Source of the DNA: an uncultured bacterium
GTDB taxonomy: Bacteria; Verrucomicrobiota; Lentisphaeria; Victivallales; UBA1829
DNA length: 64,000 nucleotides
NCBI GenBank assembly: GCA_902778895.1
Contig: CACYZF010000002.1
Span: forward strand, 140,574 to 204,573
Direction: 5' to 3'
Part shown: positions 1-9,174 of the stretch, in pieces
How the letters are laid out: each line of letters opens with the position of its first letter
How positions within the stretch are numbered: the stretch's first letter is position 1
The notes under the pieces: generated by a model
Database searches by the model: none
What the model was told of the DNA's origin: nothing
The model's input: the letters and a program-made list of their open reading frames with translations, nothing else
Translations under genes and position numbers: made by a program

Positions 1-92
1 CCGGGACGACGAAGCAAAGCCTGCTCCGGAAAAGAAGTAACCGTTTCCGGCGGTTCCCCGCCCCGTTTCCTGTTCGGTACAACCTGCACGGC

Positions 93-668
93 ATGACCAT
101 GATCGACCCGGACGCCATCATCGCGCATTTCTACCCGGATGACACCCCGCTCCGGCGGCTGCTCCGGCGTCACAGCACGCAAGTCCGCGACAAAGCCCTC
201 GCCATCCTCGCGAATCCGTCCCGCCCGCCGTTTGAACTCAATGCCGGACTCGTCTCCGCGGGCGCCATGCTTCATGACATCGGCATCCTCCAATGCCACG
301 CGCCGTCCATCCTCTGCGTCGGCACGCGTCCCTACATCGCGCACGGCATCATCGGCGCGGAAATGCTCCGCGACTACGGCCGGACGCACGGGCTTGACCT
401 GGAGCCGTTCGCCCGAATCTGCGAACGCCACACCGGAACCGGCATCACGGCGAAAGAGGTCCGCGAACAGGGCCTGCCGATCCCCGAACGCGACTGGCTG
501 CCGGAGACGCCGGAGGAAAAGCTCGTCTGTCTGGCGGACAAATTCTTCTCGAAATCCGGCGAGATGAAGGAAAAACCGGCTGACGCCGTCCGGCGTTCGC
601 TGGAGAAATTCGGCACGGACACGGTGGAGCGCTTCGACACGCTTCTCCGGCTTTTCGGCCTCGTCTGA
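93..668 (+). CDS. HD-domain (HDIG-type) metal-dependent phosphohydrolase
   Basis: 191-aa ORF with an H..HD..H pattern (AMLHDIGI, IAHGIIGAEML, CERHTGTG) typical of the HD superfamily. Confidence 0.7.
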   Translation: MTMIDPDAIIAHFYPDDTPLRRLLRRHSTQVRDKALAILANPSRPPFELNAGLVSAGAMLHDIGILQCHAPSILCVGTRPYIAHGIIGAEMLRDYGRTHGLDLEPFARICERHTGTGITAKEVREQGLPIPERDWLPETPEEKLVCLADKFFSKSGEMKEKPADAVRRSLEKFGTDTVERFDTLLRLFGLV

Positions 669-823
669 ACCATGTTCAGACGCCACTCCTGCCGTTTTTT
701 CCATTTTTCTCCAAAAAAACCCGCGTTTTTTTGACAAAACCATTCGATTTTTTAAAAAAGTGTGGTAATGTTTTATGACAACTCCGCCAGCATAACGGCT
801 CGCATGCAGCAGAAGGGAACGAA

Positions 824-2101
824 ATGGCTTCTTCAGGACAAACCATCATAACCGGCATCGAATTCGGTACGGACAAGATCTGCGCCGTTCACGGTATGCC
901 GGACGAGAACGGGAACATCGAGGTGCTTTCCTTCGCCTCGCTCCCCAGCAGGAATTCCGTCGTCAAGGGCACGATCGTCGACCAGAACGCCGCCCTGAAC
1001 ATCCTCAAATCCGTGCTCGACGAATCGGAAAAAGGGCTCGGCAAGTTCAGCCGCGCCGAACAGCGGGTCTATTTCCTGGTCAACGGCATGCACGTCAGTT
1101 CCCGCTTCGGCGAAGGGACCGTGCTGAACTACAACGAAGACAAGAAGATCACCGCAGCGCACGTGCAGAAGGCGATCGAGAGCGCGAAGAACCTGGCCGT
1201 CTCGACCGACCTCGTGAACATCCAGGTCTACGACTCATCCTTCCTGCTCGACGGCACGAAACGCACGTTCAATCCCATCGGCAGCCTCGCTGAAAAGCTC
1301 ACCGCCGTCATCCACATCGTCTTCGCCGACAAGAAACGCATCGACATGGCGCAGACCATCCTCCGCGAGCTCGGTTTCGAGTCCGGCTATCCGGTTTTCG
1401 TCCCGCTCGCCGACGCATACGGCGTGCCGACGCAGGACGAACGCAGTCAGGGCACGCTGATCTTCGACTACGGCGCGGGCGTCTGTTCCTATGTGTTGCT
1501 CTACAAGGAGGGCGTCCTCCTCAGCGGGTCTATCCCGGTCGGCGTGAACAACGTCGCGAACGACCTCGCCGTGGCGCTGGAGCTGCCGTACGAATACTGC
1601 CAGAAATTCCTGCGGGAATCGAAGCTGGAAACGCTGCGCGGCGAGGGCAAGAACTACGTCGAATACAGGATTTCTGTCGGCGGCTCCGAGAAGATTCGGC
1701 GCATCCCGCTCGACTCCTTCGAAAAAGTCATTGACCTGCGCCAGCGCGAGACCTTCAACCTCCTCAAAAGCGAACTCGAACGCACCGGAACGTTCACCTA
1801 CCTCCGCAACGGCGTCGTCATGACCGGCGGCGGCTCCATGATCGAATCCGCGCCCGCCACCATGGCGAACGTCATGAACGTCCCCGTCCGCTGCGGCGAG
1901 GCCATGAACGTGACCGGCGCGCTGTCGGCGTTCCGCAGCCCCATGCCGTGCTACTCCGCCATCCTCGGCCTCATCAAGCACGCAGCCGCACTCGAGGAGG
2001 ATTCGCCCTCGTCCGGCAACGGCCTCGGCCGTACCATGGTCCACGCCACCGACCAGTTCCTGCAGGGACTGAAAAATCTGGGAAAGGCACTCAAGATATG
2101 A
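824..2101 (+). CDS. ftsA: cell division protein FtsA (actin-like ATPase)
   Basis: Actin/Hsp70-fold motifs (ITGIEFGTDKICAV, LIFDYGAGVCSY, VVMTGGGSMIE). Stop overlaps the ftsZ start (ATGA). Confidence 0.8.
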   Translation: MASSGQTIITGIEFGTDKICAVHGMPDENGNIEVLSFASLPSRNSVVKGTIVDQNAALNILKSVLDESEKGLGKFSRAEQRVYFLVNGMHVSSRFGEGTVLNYNEDKKITAAHVQKAIESAKNLAVSTDLVNIQVYDSSFLLDGTKRTFNPIGSLAEKLTAVIHIVFADKKRIDMAQTILRELGFESGYPVFVPLADAYGVPTQDERSQGTLIFDYGAGVCSYVLLYKEGVLLSGSIPVGVNNVANDLAVALELPYEYCQKFLRESKLETLRGEGKNYVEYRISVGGSEKIRRIPLDSFEKVIDLRQRETFNLLKSELERTGTFTYLRNGVVMTGGGSMIESAPATMANVMNVPVRCGEAMNVTGALSAFRSPMPCYSAILGLIKHAAALEEDSPSSGNGLGRTMVHATDQFLQGLKNLGKALKI

Positions 2102-3345
2102 CCGAACAGAACGCAACCACGCCCGCCGGCCTCTCCCGGGCTTCCATCGGCAACGGAAAAGCGCTCGTCGTCGGACTCGGCGGCTGCGGCATCCGAATCC
2201 TCGAATTTCTCCGCGCCAATCCCCGCGCGAAATGGCTCGTCACGCTCGCGGTCGACACCGACGGCGGCGTCCTCGCCGGGACCCGCGCCGACGCCGTCAT
2301 CAACGCATCCGCCGACTGGAACTCGAAATCCTGCGCCGGATGCGGCGGCGACATCATCCGTGGCGAACGCGCGATCTCCCATGAACGCGCCAACCTGAAG
2401 GAACACGTCCGCGGCTTCTCCCTCATGATCGTAACCGGCGGACTCGGCGGCGGCACGGCCACGGGCGGCGTCCGCACGCTCGCCAGCGTCGCCCGCGAGG
2501 AAGGCATCCCGACCGTCTTCCTGCTCACCATGCCGTTCTCGTTCGAGGCGCATTCCCGCCGTAAGAACGCCGAAGACTGCCTTCAGGAGATCCTGCCGGT
2601 CGCCGACGTGGTCCTGACGATGCCGAACGACCTGCTCTTCAGCAAGCTCCCGCCCAATACGCCCGCCGAAAACGCCTTCGCGACCTCCGCATACGAAATG
2701 GCTTCGACCGTCATCGGGATCGCCTCGGTCCTGCGCTGCCGCGACCTCATCGGCACCGACTTCGCCACCTTCATGCGCGCCCTCCACAAACGCCGCGCCT
2801 CCTGCGGCATCGGCGTCGGGTTCGCGGAGAATTCCGACGGACTCGACCGCTGCGCCCTCGCCCTCACGCGCATGCTCGATTCGCCGTTCCTCGGCGGCGG
2901 CGAAGCCATGAAACGCGCCGACGCCGCGATCGTCACGCTGACAGGCGGACCCGACCTGGAACTGGGCGAACTGAAACGCACCCTCGAACTCGCCGCGGGC
3001 GTCCTGCCGAAGAATGTCGAACTCCTCTCCGGCGCGAACGTCTGCGAGGAGGCCGCGGGCTCCGTCCAGATGACCGCCGTCATCTTCCAGTACGCCCCCG
3101 AATCCAAGCCCGCGCCCCTGCCCCGGCGCACCCCCGCGCCCGCTCCGGCCGCCGCGCCCGCCGCCTCCGATGAGCTTCAGCTTTCCTTCTCCGCCGCATC
3201 GAACAACGTCGAGGAGGTGGAGCTCGGCCTCCAAAGCTACGACAAGGGCGTCTTCGAGAAGCTCCCCGCCGTACGGTTCAGCGACGAAGACCTCGACATC
3301 CCGACCTACCAGCGCCGCAATATCCGCATCGACAAGGGAAGCTGA
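2098..3345 (+). CDS. ftsZ: divergent FtsZ/tubulin-family GTPase
   Basis: GLGGCGIRIL and VTGGLGGGTATGG (tubulin-signature-like), then NDLL. C-terminal DLDIPTYQRRN peptide resembles the FtsA-binding tail. Internal ATG at 2098 chosen; the 1948 extension is Arg/Pro shadow. Confidence 0.7.
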   Translation: MTEQNATTPAGLSRASIGNGKALVVGLGGCGIRILEFLRANPRAKWLVTLAVDTDGGVLAGTRADAVINASADWNSKSCAGCGGDIIRGERAISHERANLKEHVRGFSLMIVTGGLGGGTATGGVRTLASVAREEGIPTVFLLTMPFSFEAHSRRKNAEDCLQEILPVADVVLTMPNDLLFSKLPPNTPAENAFATSAYEMASTVIGIASVLRCRDLIGTDFATFMRALHKRRASCGIGVGFAENSDGLDRCALALTRMLDSPFLGGGEAMKRADAAIVTLTGGPDLELGELKRTLELAAGVLPKNVELLSGANVCEEAAGSVQMTAVIFQYAPESKPAPLPRRTPAPAPAAAPAASDELQLSFSAASNNVEEVELGLQSYDKGVFEKLPAVRFSDEDLDIPTYQRRNIRIDKGS

Positions 3346-3351
3346 TCCGCC

Positions 3352-4410
3352 ATGTACGATCCCGAACGATACGAAAAGAAAGAGCGGACCGGATTCCATC
3401 TCTTCGCCGAGGGGGTGAGCAAGGAAGAAGGCCGACGATACCTTTCCGGGCTGTTCCGGTTCATATTCTCGGTCTTCGCCGTGATCCTGGTCGCCGGTGC
3501 CGTGCTCCGGTTCCTCATCCTCGGCCCGGTCTCCTGCACCAGTCTAAGTTCAAACGAAATCGCTCCGCCCGTAATCGACGGCGAGCTGGCCCTGCGGTAC
3601 GCGCAGGAAAACTACGACCTCGGACCAAAGGTATTCCGCACCGAGGGCGCGAAAAGGTCCGCGGAATGGATCGTGGAACAAGCACAGAAGATCCCCGGCT
3701 TCGAAAAGGCGGGCCGCGTCCGCATCCCGCCCTCCGCGCACGGCGAATACAACGTCGAGATCATCTTCCCCGGCAAGGAACCGAACTTCGTCATCGTCGG
3801 CGCGCACCATGACACCAAACGCCTGTTCAGCGTGCCGGACTTCGCCGGGGCCAACGACGGCGCGTCCGGGGTCGGCGCCCTGCTCGCCATGGCCGCCGCC
3901 ATCACGGAGTACACGCAGAAGGAACTTCCCCCCTGCACCATCCGCCTCGTCTTCTTCGACGGCGAGGAAGCGCTTTACCAGTACACGGAGACCGACGGCC
4001 TGGTCGGCAGCCGTGCCTACGTGGACATGATGAAGCAGGACTACTCCAAACTCCGCTGCCGCGCCATGATTCTGCTGGACATGATCGGCGACAAGGACCT
4101 GCATATCGAACTGGCGGGTAACTCCACGCCCGCGCTCGCGGACGTCGTACTGGCCGAGGCGGCCGCCGCCGGGTATGCCGACAAGTTCTCGCGCGGCGAG
4201 ACCGACATGCTCGACGACCACTATCCGTTCCTTCAGGCGGGGAAAAAAGCCGTCGACCTGATCGACTTCAATTACGGCCCGGAAAACCGCTACTGGCATA
4301 CCGGAGCCGACACCATGGACAAGATTTCGGCGGAGAGTATCAAGACCGCCGCGGACGTCGCGCTCCGCGTCGTCTGGCGGCTCGCCGGAAACGGATTCGC
4401 AGACCTGTGA
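3352..4410 (+). CDS. M28-family zinc peptidase (aminopeptidase / glutaminyl-cyclase-like), membrane anchored
   Basis: VGAHHDTK, GANDGASGVGALLAMA and FFDGEEA metal-ligand motifs of M28. N-terminal hydrophobic helix. Confidence 0.7.
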   Translation: MYDPERYEKKERTGFHLFAEGVSKEEGRRYLSGLFRFIFSVFAVILVAGAVLRFLILGPVSCTSLSSNEIAPPVIDGELALRYAQENYDLGPKVFRTEGAKRSAEWIVEQAQKIPGFEKAGRVRIPPSAHGEYNVEIIFPGKEPNFVIVGAHHDTKRLFSVPDFAGANDGASGVGALLAMAAAITEYTQKELPPCTIRLVFFDGEEALYQYTETDGLVGSRAYVDMMKQDYSKLRCRAMILLDMIGDKDLHIELAGNSTPALADVVLAEAAAAGYADKFSRGETDMLDDHYPFLQAGKKAVDLIDFNYGPENRYWHTGADTMDKISAESIKTAADVALRVVWRLAGNGFADL

Positions 4411-5303
4411 AAAAAATAGGAACAGACTATTTCCATTGCCGCGAACGGTTCCTGGCCCTGCCCGGCGTCCGCGAAGTCCAGAAAGGTCCGTACCGGTTCG
4501 CCGTCGCGCCCGGCCCCGCGCAGGAGTACCTCGCGGAGCATTTCGCCGAGGCCGACCGCATGATCCGCGACGGAGAACATCTGAAAAAATCGTGGGAATC
4601 CAGCGCGTCCCTGTGGACGCTCCCCGGCGGGGAGCAGGTCTTCGTGAAGCGCAACCGCATCCACGGCTTCGAGTACACTTTCAAATACTTCTTCATCCCC
4701 GCCCGCGTCTTCCGCGCCGCGACCGCCGCCGAACGCGTCCGAGAAGCCGGGATCATGACCCCGCGCGTGCTCGCCGCAGGGGAGAAACGTTTCGCGCACT
4801 TCCTGCTCGCCGGATATCTTGTCACCGAGGCCCTGACGGACGCCCGCGACCTGATGTCCTATGTAATCGGGCGTCCCGAAGCTCCCGCCGGGATGCCTGC
4901 CCTGATCCGCGAGGTCGCACGCGTCGCCGCCGCGCTTCACAGCCGCGGATTCTACCACGGCGACCTGAAACTCATCAACCTCTACCGCACGTCCGACGAC
5001 GCCCCCTGCGGCGTCTGGGACCTGGATTCCGCACAGCTCTTCTCCCCCGGCGAGATCCCGCACGAATTCCTCGTCCGCGAACTCGGCCGGATCATCTCGT
5101 CCGTCCTGATCTTCGCCGAACGGAACCCCGCGTTCCCCGATGATTTCTTCGATCTGGAACGGCTCACGCGCGACCTGCTCGACGCCTACGCCGCCGGGAC
5201 AACCTTGCCCGCGCCCGCCGTATCCGAGGTCATGGACATCGCCCGCGTCCGCTGGCTGAACAAACGAAAACTCCGGTTCGATTATGGAGGACTTCAAGCA
5301 TGA
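4407..5303 (+). CDS. lipopolysaccharide kinase (Kdo/WaaP/InaA) family protein
   Basis: Kinase-like core with LHSRGFYHGDLKLINLY. Start overlaps the upstream stop; sits next to waaA. Confidence 0.6.
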   Translation: MKKIGTDYFHCRERFLALPGVREVQKGPYRFAVAPGPAQEYLAEHFAEADRMIRDGEHLKKSWESSASLWTLPGGEQVFVKRNRIHGFEYTFKYFFIPARVFRAATAAERVREAGIMTPRVLAAGEKRFAHFLLAGYLVTEALTDARDLMSYVIGRPEAPAGMPALIREVARVAAALHSRGFYHGDLKLINLYRTSDDAPCGVWDLDSAQLFSPGEIPHEFLVRELGRIISSVLIFAERNPAFPDDFFDLERLTRDLLDAYAAGTTLPAPAVSEVMDIARVRWLNKRKLRFDYGGLQA

Positions 5304-6136
5304 GCAAACATATCTTCACGCCCAACGGCAATACGCCGCTCTTCGTCAACGCCGCCAACGGCGCTCTCCGATTCATGTTCCCCGCGCCCGAGCGCTTCAC
5401 CATCTCCAACGACGACATCCTCCGCATTGACGATTTCTTCGAGCCCCACATCATGCCGGACGGCACACCCGGGTTCTGGTCCGGACTCCGCCCCGGGACC
5501 GAAAGCACCCCCGCGCTCTACCTCAAAAAACGCCTCTTCCCCGCCGGACTCGGATTCCGCACCCTCTTCTCCCGTACGAATCCCTTCCGCCGCGCCGAAT
5601 GGGCCGCCCTCGCCGCCGACGCAGGCGTCTCCACGCCCGCCGTCCTCGCCATCGGCATCCGCAGGAAAGGGCTCCTCATCAAGGCCGTCTATCTGGTCAT
5701 GGAGGCAATTTCCGACGCCGATGAGGTCACGGACATCTTCTGCCGCCCGAACGCACGGGCACGCGTCGCGCTCTTCATCGAAGACAGCTCCCGCCTCATC
5801 GCCGCGCTCCACTCCGCCGAACTCTTCCACGGCGATTTCCGCCTCGCGCATTTCTACTACCGCGGCGCCGTGCTCTCCCTCTGGAATCCCGGCTGGCTCC
5901 AGTCCTGGTCCGGGCACCTCACCGAACGCAGCATCCTGCGCGACCTGGGTTCCCTCGGAGCCGCGATCTGCATCGAGGCGGCAAAACACAGGCCCGCGCT
6001 CGATGACTTCATCTCCTGCGACGCCACCGCCGAGCTCCTCCTTTCCGCTTACGCCGAGGTCGCGCCCGGCTGGATCCCTCCGCTCGGACACCTCGTCCGC
6101 GTCATCGAGAAGAATTGCGCGAAGAATCCGCACTGA
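5300..6136 (+). CDS. second LPS-kinase-family paralog
   Basis: Same architecture as the upstream gene (LHSAELFHGDFRLAHFYY). Overlapping start/stop. Confidence 0.5.
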   Translation: MSKHIFTPNGNTPLFVNAANGALRFMFPAPERFTISNDDILRIDDFFEPHIMPDGTPGFWSGLRPGTESTPALYLKKRLFPAGLGFRTLFSRTNPFRRAEWAALAADAGVSTPAVLAIGIRRKGLLIKAVYLVMEAISDADEVTDIFCRPNARARVALFIEDSSRLIAALHSAELFHGDFRLAHFYYRGAVLSLWNPGWLQSWSGHLTERSILRDLGSLGAAICIEAAKHRPALDDFISCDATAELLLSAYAEVAPGWIPPLGHLVRVIEKNCAKNPH

Positions 6137-6208
6137 CGCGCCGTTTCCGGGCAGGACCGTCGAGCTTATCATGCCGGAGCGGAACCGGGTACCAGTGCTG
6201 GAAAGGAC

Positions 6209-6237
6209 TTGTCTTTTTCGCAAGCAAGATGTATATT
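6209..6237 (+). promoter_or_regulatory. sigma70-type promoter TTGTCT-N17-TATATT upstream of waaA
   Basis: AT-rich island in GC-rich DNA. -35 at 6209-6214 and -10 at 6232-6237, about 50 nt before the ATG. Confidence 0.45.
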
Positions 6238-6286
6238 ATTATATATCCCGTTTTGAATCCGATTTCACCCCAGAGGCAAGCCTCGC

Positions 6287-7564
6287 ATGCTGTTCTTCTA
6301 TAATCTTTTCTTCCCGCTGGTGTTCCTGTTCTTCCTGCCCGGCCTGATCGTGAAATACATCCGGCGTTCCGGGTACAAGGCGACGTACTGCGAACGCTTC
6401 GGCATCTTCGGCGCGGCACGACGCCGCGAGCTGAAGGAATGGCGCGGCGCTGTGTGGCTTCACGCCGTAAGCGTGGGCGAGACGAACCTCACGCTGCCGC
6501 TCCTGAAAGCATGGGCGGAGGCGGAACCCGGCCGCAAATTCATCCTGAGCACCACGACCACCACGGCGCAGGAGATCGCGCGCAACAAGACCGATCCGGC
6601 GCGCGTGAAAGTCATTTTCTGCCCCATCGACTGGTGTTTCTTCGTGTGGTCTGCCATGCGCTTGATCCGCCCCTCGAAACTCGTGATCTTCGAGACCGAA
6701 CTCTGGCCGCAGCTGATCTCGTCGGCGAAGCGCTCCGGCGCAAAACTCATGCTCGCAAACACGCGCATCTCAGACCATTCGTTCCGCGGCTACCGCAGGT
6801 TCCGGTTCGTGATCGCGCCCATGCTCCGCAAGTTCGACCGCATCTGCGCGCAGACCGAGCTCGACCGCGAACGCCTGCTCACGATCGCACCCGGCATCGA
6901 ATCCCGCGTGTCGGTGTGCGGCAACATCAAGTTCGACCAGGCCCCGCCCGCGGGCGACGGCGCGGACTTCCCCGCGCTCTTCGGAGAACAGGGCATCACG
7001 GTCCTGCTGGCCGCCTCCACGCACAGCCCGGAGGAACCGCTCATCCTTGACACGTTCATGGCATTGCAAAAGGAATTCCCCGCCCTGCGGCTCGTGCTCG
7101 TGCCGCGTCACGCCGAACGCGGCAACGACATCGAAAAGATGATCCGCGACCGCGGATTGAGCTACCACCGCCGGAGCAACGATACGGGCGACAAACAGGG
7201 ATTCGCCGTGCTGCTGGCGGACACGACCGGCGAACTCGCACGCCTCATCAAGGGCGCGGACCTCGTCATCATGGGCAAGACGCTCGCCGGAAACGACGAG
7301 GGACAGAACATCATCGAGCCCGCCGTCATGGGCAAGCCCGTGGTCTGCGGCCGCCAGCTGAAGAACTTCCGTCAGGCGCTCGACGCCCTCGTGAAAGGCG
7401 ACGCCGTGTTGCGCGTGATGAAGGACGACGAACTTACCGGAGCCGTCCGCAGTCTGCTCGCCGATCCCGCGAAACGCCGCGAACTCGGCGAACGCGCCCG
7501 TGCCGTCATGCTGAAGAGCCGCGGCGCGCTGAAAAAAATCCTTGCCGAAGTCCGCGAGGCATAG
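6287..7564 (+). CDS. waaA: 3-deoxy-D-manno-octulosonic acid (Kdo) transferase
   Basis: 425 aa with N-terminal membrane helix. WLHAVSVGETNL motif and GT30 C-terminal domain layout. Confidence 0.85.
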   Translation: MLFFYNLFFPLVFLFFLPGLIVKYIRRSGYKATYCERFGIFGAARRRELKEWRGAVWLHAVSVGETNLTLPLLKAWAEAEPGRKFILSTTTTTAQEIARNKTDPARVKVIFCPIDWCFFVWSAMRLIRPSKLVIFETELWPQLISSAKRSGAKLMLANTRISDHSFRGYRRFRFVIAPMLRKFDRICAQTELDRERLLTIAPGIESRVSVCGNIKFDQAPPAGDGADFPALFGEQGITVLLAASTHSPEEPLILDTFMALQKEFPALRLVLVPRHAERGNDIEKMIRDRGLSYHRRSNDTGDKQGFAVLLADTTGELARLIKGADLVIMGKTLAGNDEGQNIIEPAVMGKPVVCGRQLKNFRQALDALVKGDAVLRVMKDDELTGAVRSLLADPAKRRELGERARAVMLKSRGALKKILAEVREA

Positions 7565-7574
7565 CCTCGACTTT

Positions 7575-7601
7575 GGTAGTGTCCGGCTTACGCTCGGACA
7601 C
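7575..7601 (+). repeat. stop-proximal conserved hairpin element, copy A (GTGTCCG-loop-CGGACAC)
   Basis: GGTAGTGTCCGGCTTACGCTCGGACAC directly after the waaA stop. Related copies at 20826-20851, 63305-63326 and 63597-63616 carry compensatory stem changes. Confidence 0.55.
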
Positions 7602-7617
7602 GGGTGTTTTCTCCGGA

Positions 7618-8766
7618 TCAGAATCCGCCGAATCCGCCCATACCACCGCCGAAACCACCGGCTCCGCCGCCGAATCCGCCCATACCTCCGGCGCCGCCGC
7701 CAAATCCTCCAGCGCCGCCGAAGCCACCCATGCCGCCAGCTCCGCCGCCGAAGTCCATGCCGCCGCCGAAGCCACCCATGCCGCCAGCTCCGCCGCCGAA
7801 GTCCATGCCGCCGCCGAAGCCACCCATGCCGCCGAACATGTCTCCCCCCATGCCGAAGCCGCCCATACCGAAGCCGCCCATGCCGAAGCCACCCATGCCG
7901 CCGAAGCCGCCCATACCGGCGTTTCCGGTCGTATTCTGCATGGAGAGCTCAATCGTTTCCTGATTGCGCGTGAGCGTGGCGGTCGATGAGGTCACGGCCG
8001 CGAGCGTGTAGCCGTTCGGGAGCGTTTCGCCGACGCGGAAATACTGCTTGTTGGAATTGGACGCGTTCGCCGTGGCCGTGATGCCGTCCGCGGACAGCCC
8101 ATCGCGGCCCATGGCGCGCTGCTGATTCTGGTTTTGCAGAAGCTGGATCTGCTCGTTGGAACGCGCCAGGCGCTGACGGAGCAGATCGGTCTGCTGGGCC
8201 GTCACACCGGGGCTCTGCTGCAACGCCTGAAGCAGGGATGTCAGTTCCGCGCGGTTCTCCAGCGCCTCCTGCATCTGCTGTTCCTGCGCCGCCGCAAGCT
8301 CCTCGGCATTGGGCGTGTTATTGTCCCGGCGGTTATTGTTGTTGCGGTCGCGCTGCTGCCACATGTTCTGCATCTGCATGCCGCGCTGGAGGATGATCGC
8401 TCCGGCGACTCTGCCGATGGTGAACGTCCCGACGAGCGTCATGTCTCCGCGGTTGACCGGCATCGCCGCCGTCCTGCGGTTCGTGTTCGCCGCCTTCGGC
8501 GCGCGTTCGGGATCGAAGATGTTCAGCGCCACGGTCGTCGCGATCTGATTGTCCGTCGACATGGGGATCGGGTTATAGAATGCGTTGTACCGCGGCTGCG
8601 GCATGGCAGTGGCAACAGGCTGCGGCTGCGGCGTCGATGCGCGGCGTTCCTTCTTCACCGATGTCGCCACTTCGGCTTCCGCCGCGGGCTCGTTCAGCCA
8701 TTCGTATCCGTGGAACGCGGCGAATGCCGCAAGGATCAGATTGGCACAGATCAGGATGGTTCTCAT
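7618..8766 (-). CDS. exported/membrane-anchored protein with Q/N-rich coiled segment and ~100-aa G/F/M/A/D-only C-terminal tail
   Basis: N-terminal hydrophobic anchor. Two short beta-rich segments (LVGTFTIGRVAGAIIL; FRVGETLPNGYTLAAV) weakly recall GspC/PilP-type domains. Tail is GGFGGMGGFGMGG... to the C-terminus. Confidence 0.75.
   Translation of the reverse strand: MRTILICANLILAAFAAFHGYEWLNEPAAEAEVATSVKKERRASTPQPQPVATAMPQPRYNAFYNPIPMSTDNQIATTVALNIFDPERAPKAANTNRRTAAMPVNRGDMTLVGTFTIGRVAGAIILQRGMQMQNMWQQRDRNNNNRRDNNTPNAEELAAAQEQQMQEALENRAELTSLLQALQQSPGVTAQQTDLLRQRLARSNEQIQLLQNQNQQRAMGRDGLSADGITATANASNSNKQYFRVGETLPNGYTLAAVTSSTATLTRNQETIELSMQNTTGNAGMGGFGGMGGFGMGGFGMGGFGMGGDMFGGMGGFGGGMDFGGGAGGMGGFGGGMDFGGGAGGMGGFGGAGGFGGGAGGMGGFGGGAGGFGGGMGGFGGF
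7721..7830. repeat. 48-bp tandem repeat inside the glycine-rich tail coding region
   Basis: AAGCCACCCA recurs at 7721, 7769 and 7817 (period 48 nt), encoding repeated GGMGGFGGGMDFGGGA. Confidence 0.8.
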
Positions 8767-9174
8767 TTCCCGTTCTCCTTCATAGTTTTGGGCGTTGAGG
8801 GGCTGAACTCCGTTTTCGCGGGGGTGAGGCAGAGCAATGATCTTCTGCCGGGAGGGAGGAAGTTTCGCCGGGATTATTGTGGATATAGTATTGTTCCTAA
8901 ATCAAATAACGCTCCAGCGCGGCGGTTTATTGTGCCGGAAAGATAATTTTTGTCATTTTTAACATACTGTGCTTCTTAAATTTAGCTCTATTTCCGCATC
9001 TATCCGTTTTTCCAAAACATTCGAAACAAAAACTGCTCAATTCCCGCGAGCATTTCCCAACTCAAAACGTCCGCAAATATCCACGTTTCCTCCCATACAC
9101 ATCGAACAGCATGCGATTGATAGAACAAAACATCCGCTGCGCGGCGTTTTTTTCCTCATTTCGTTTGTCAGAAC

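Noticed and set aside
731-790. Promoter upstream of ftsA (TTGACA at 731-736)
   Set aside because: No acceptable -10 hexamer lies at 16-18 nt spacing, so I could not support a specific promoter call even though the region is AT-rich.
1951-3399. Long antisense or out-of-frame ORFs over host genes (also 9442-10698 -, 11078-12517 -, 16590-17780 +, 26112-27635 -, 27811-29487 -, 34436-35431 +)
   Set aside because: They have Arg/Ala/Gly/Pro-dominated low-complexity translations typical of GC-rich shadow frames. Each overlaps a gene with clear family motifs on the other strand or frame.
7604-7963. 119-aa proline-rich ORF (PPxPPKPP...) on the + strand
   Set aside because: It is the antisense reading of the Gly-rich tail (GGN codons read as NCC). 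The minus-strand gene has a proper N-terminal anchor and continuous 382-aa frame, whereas this one has no start context.
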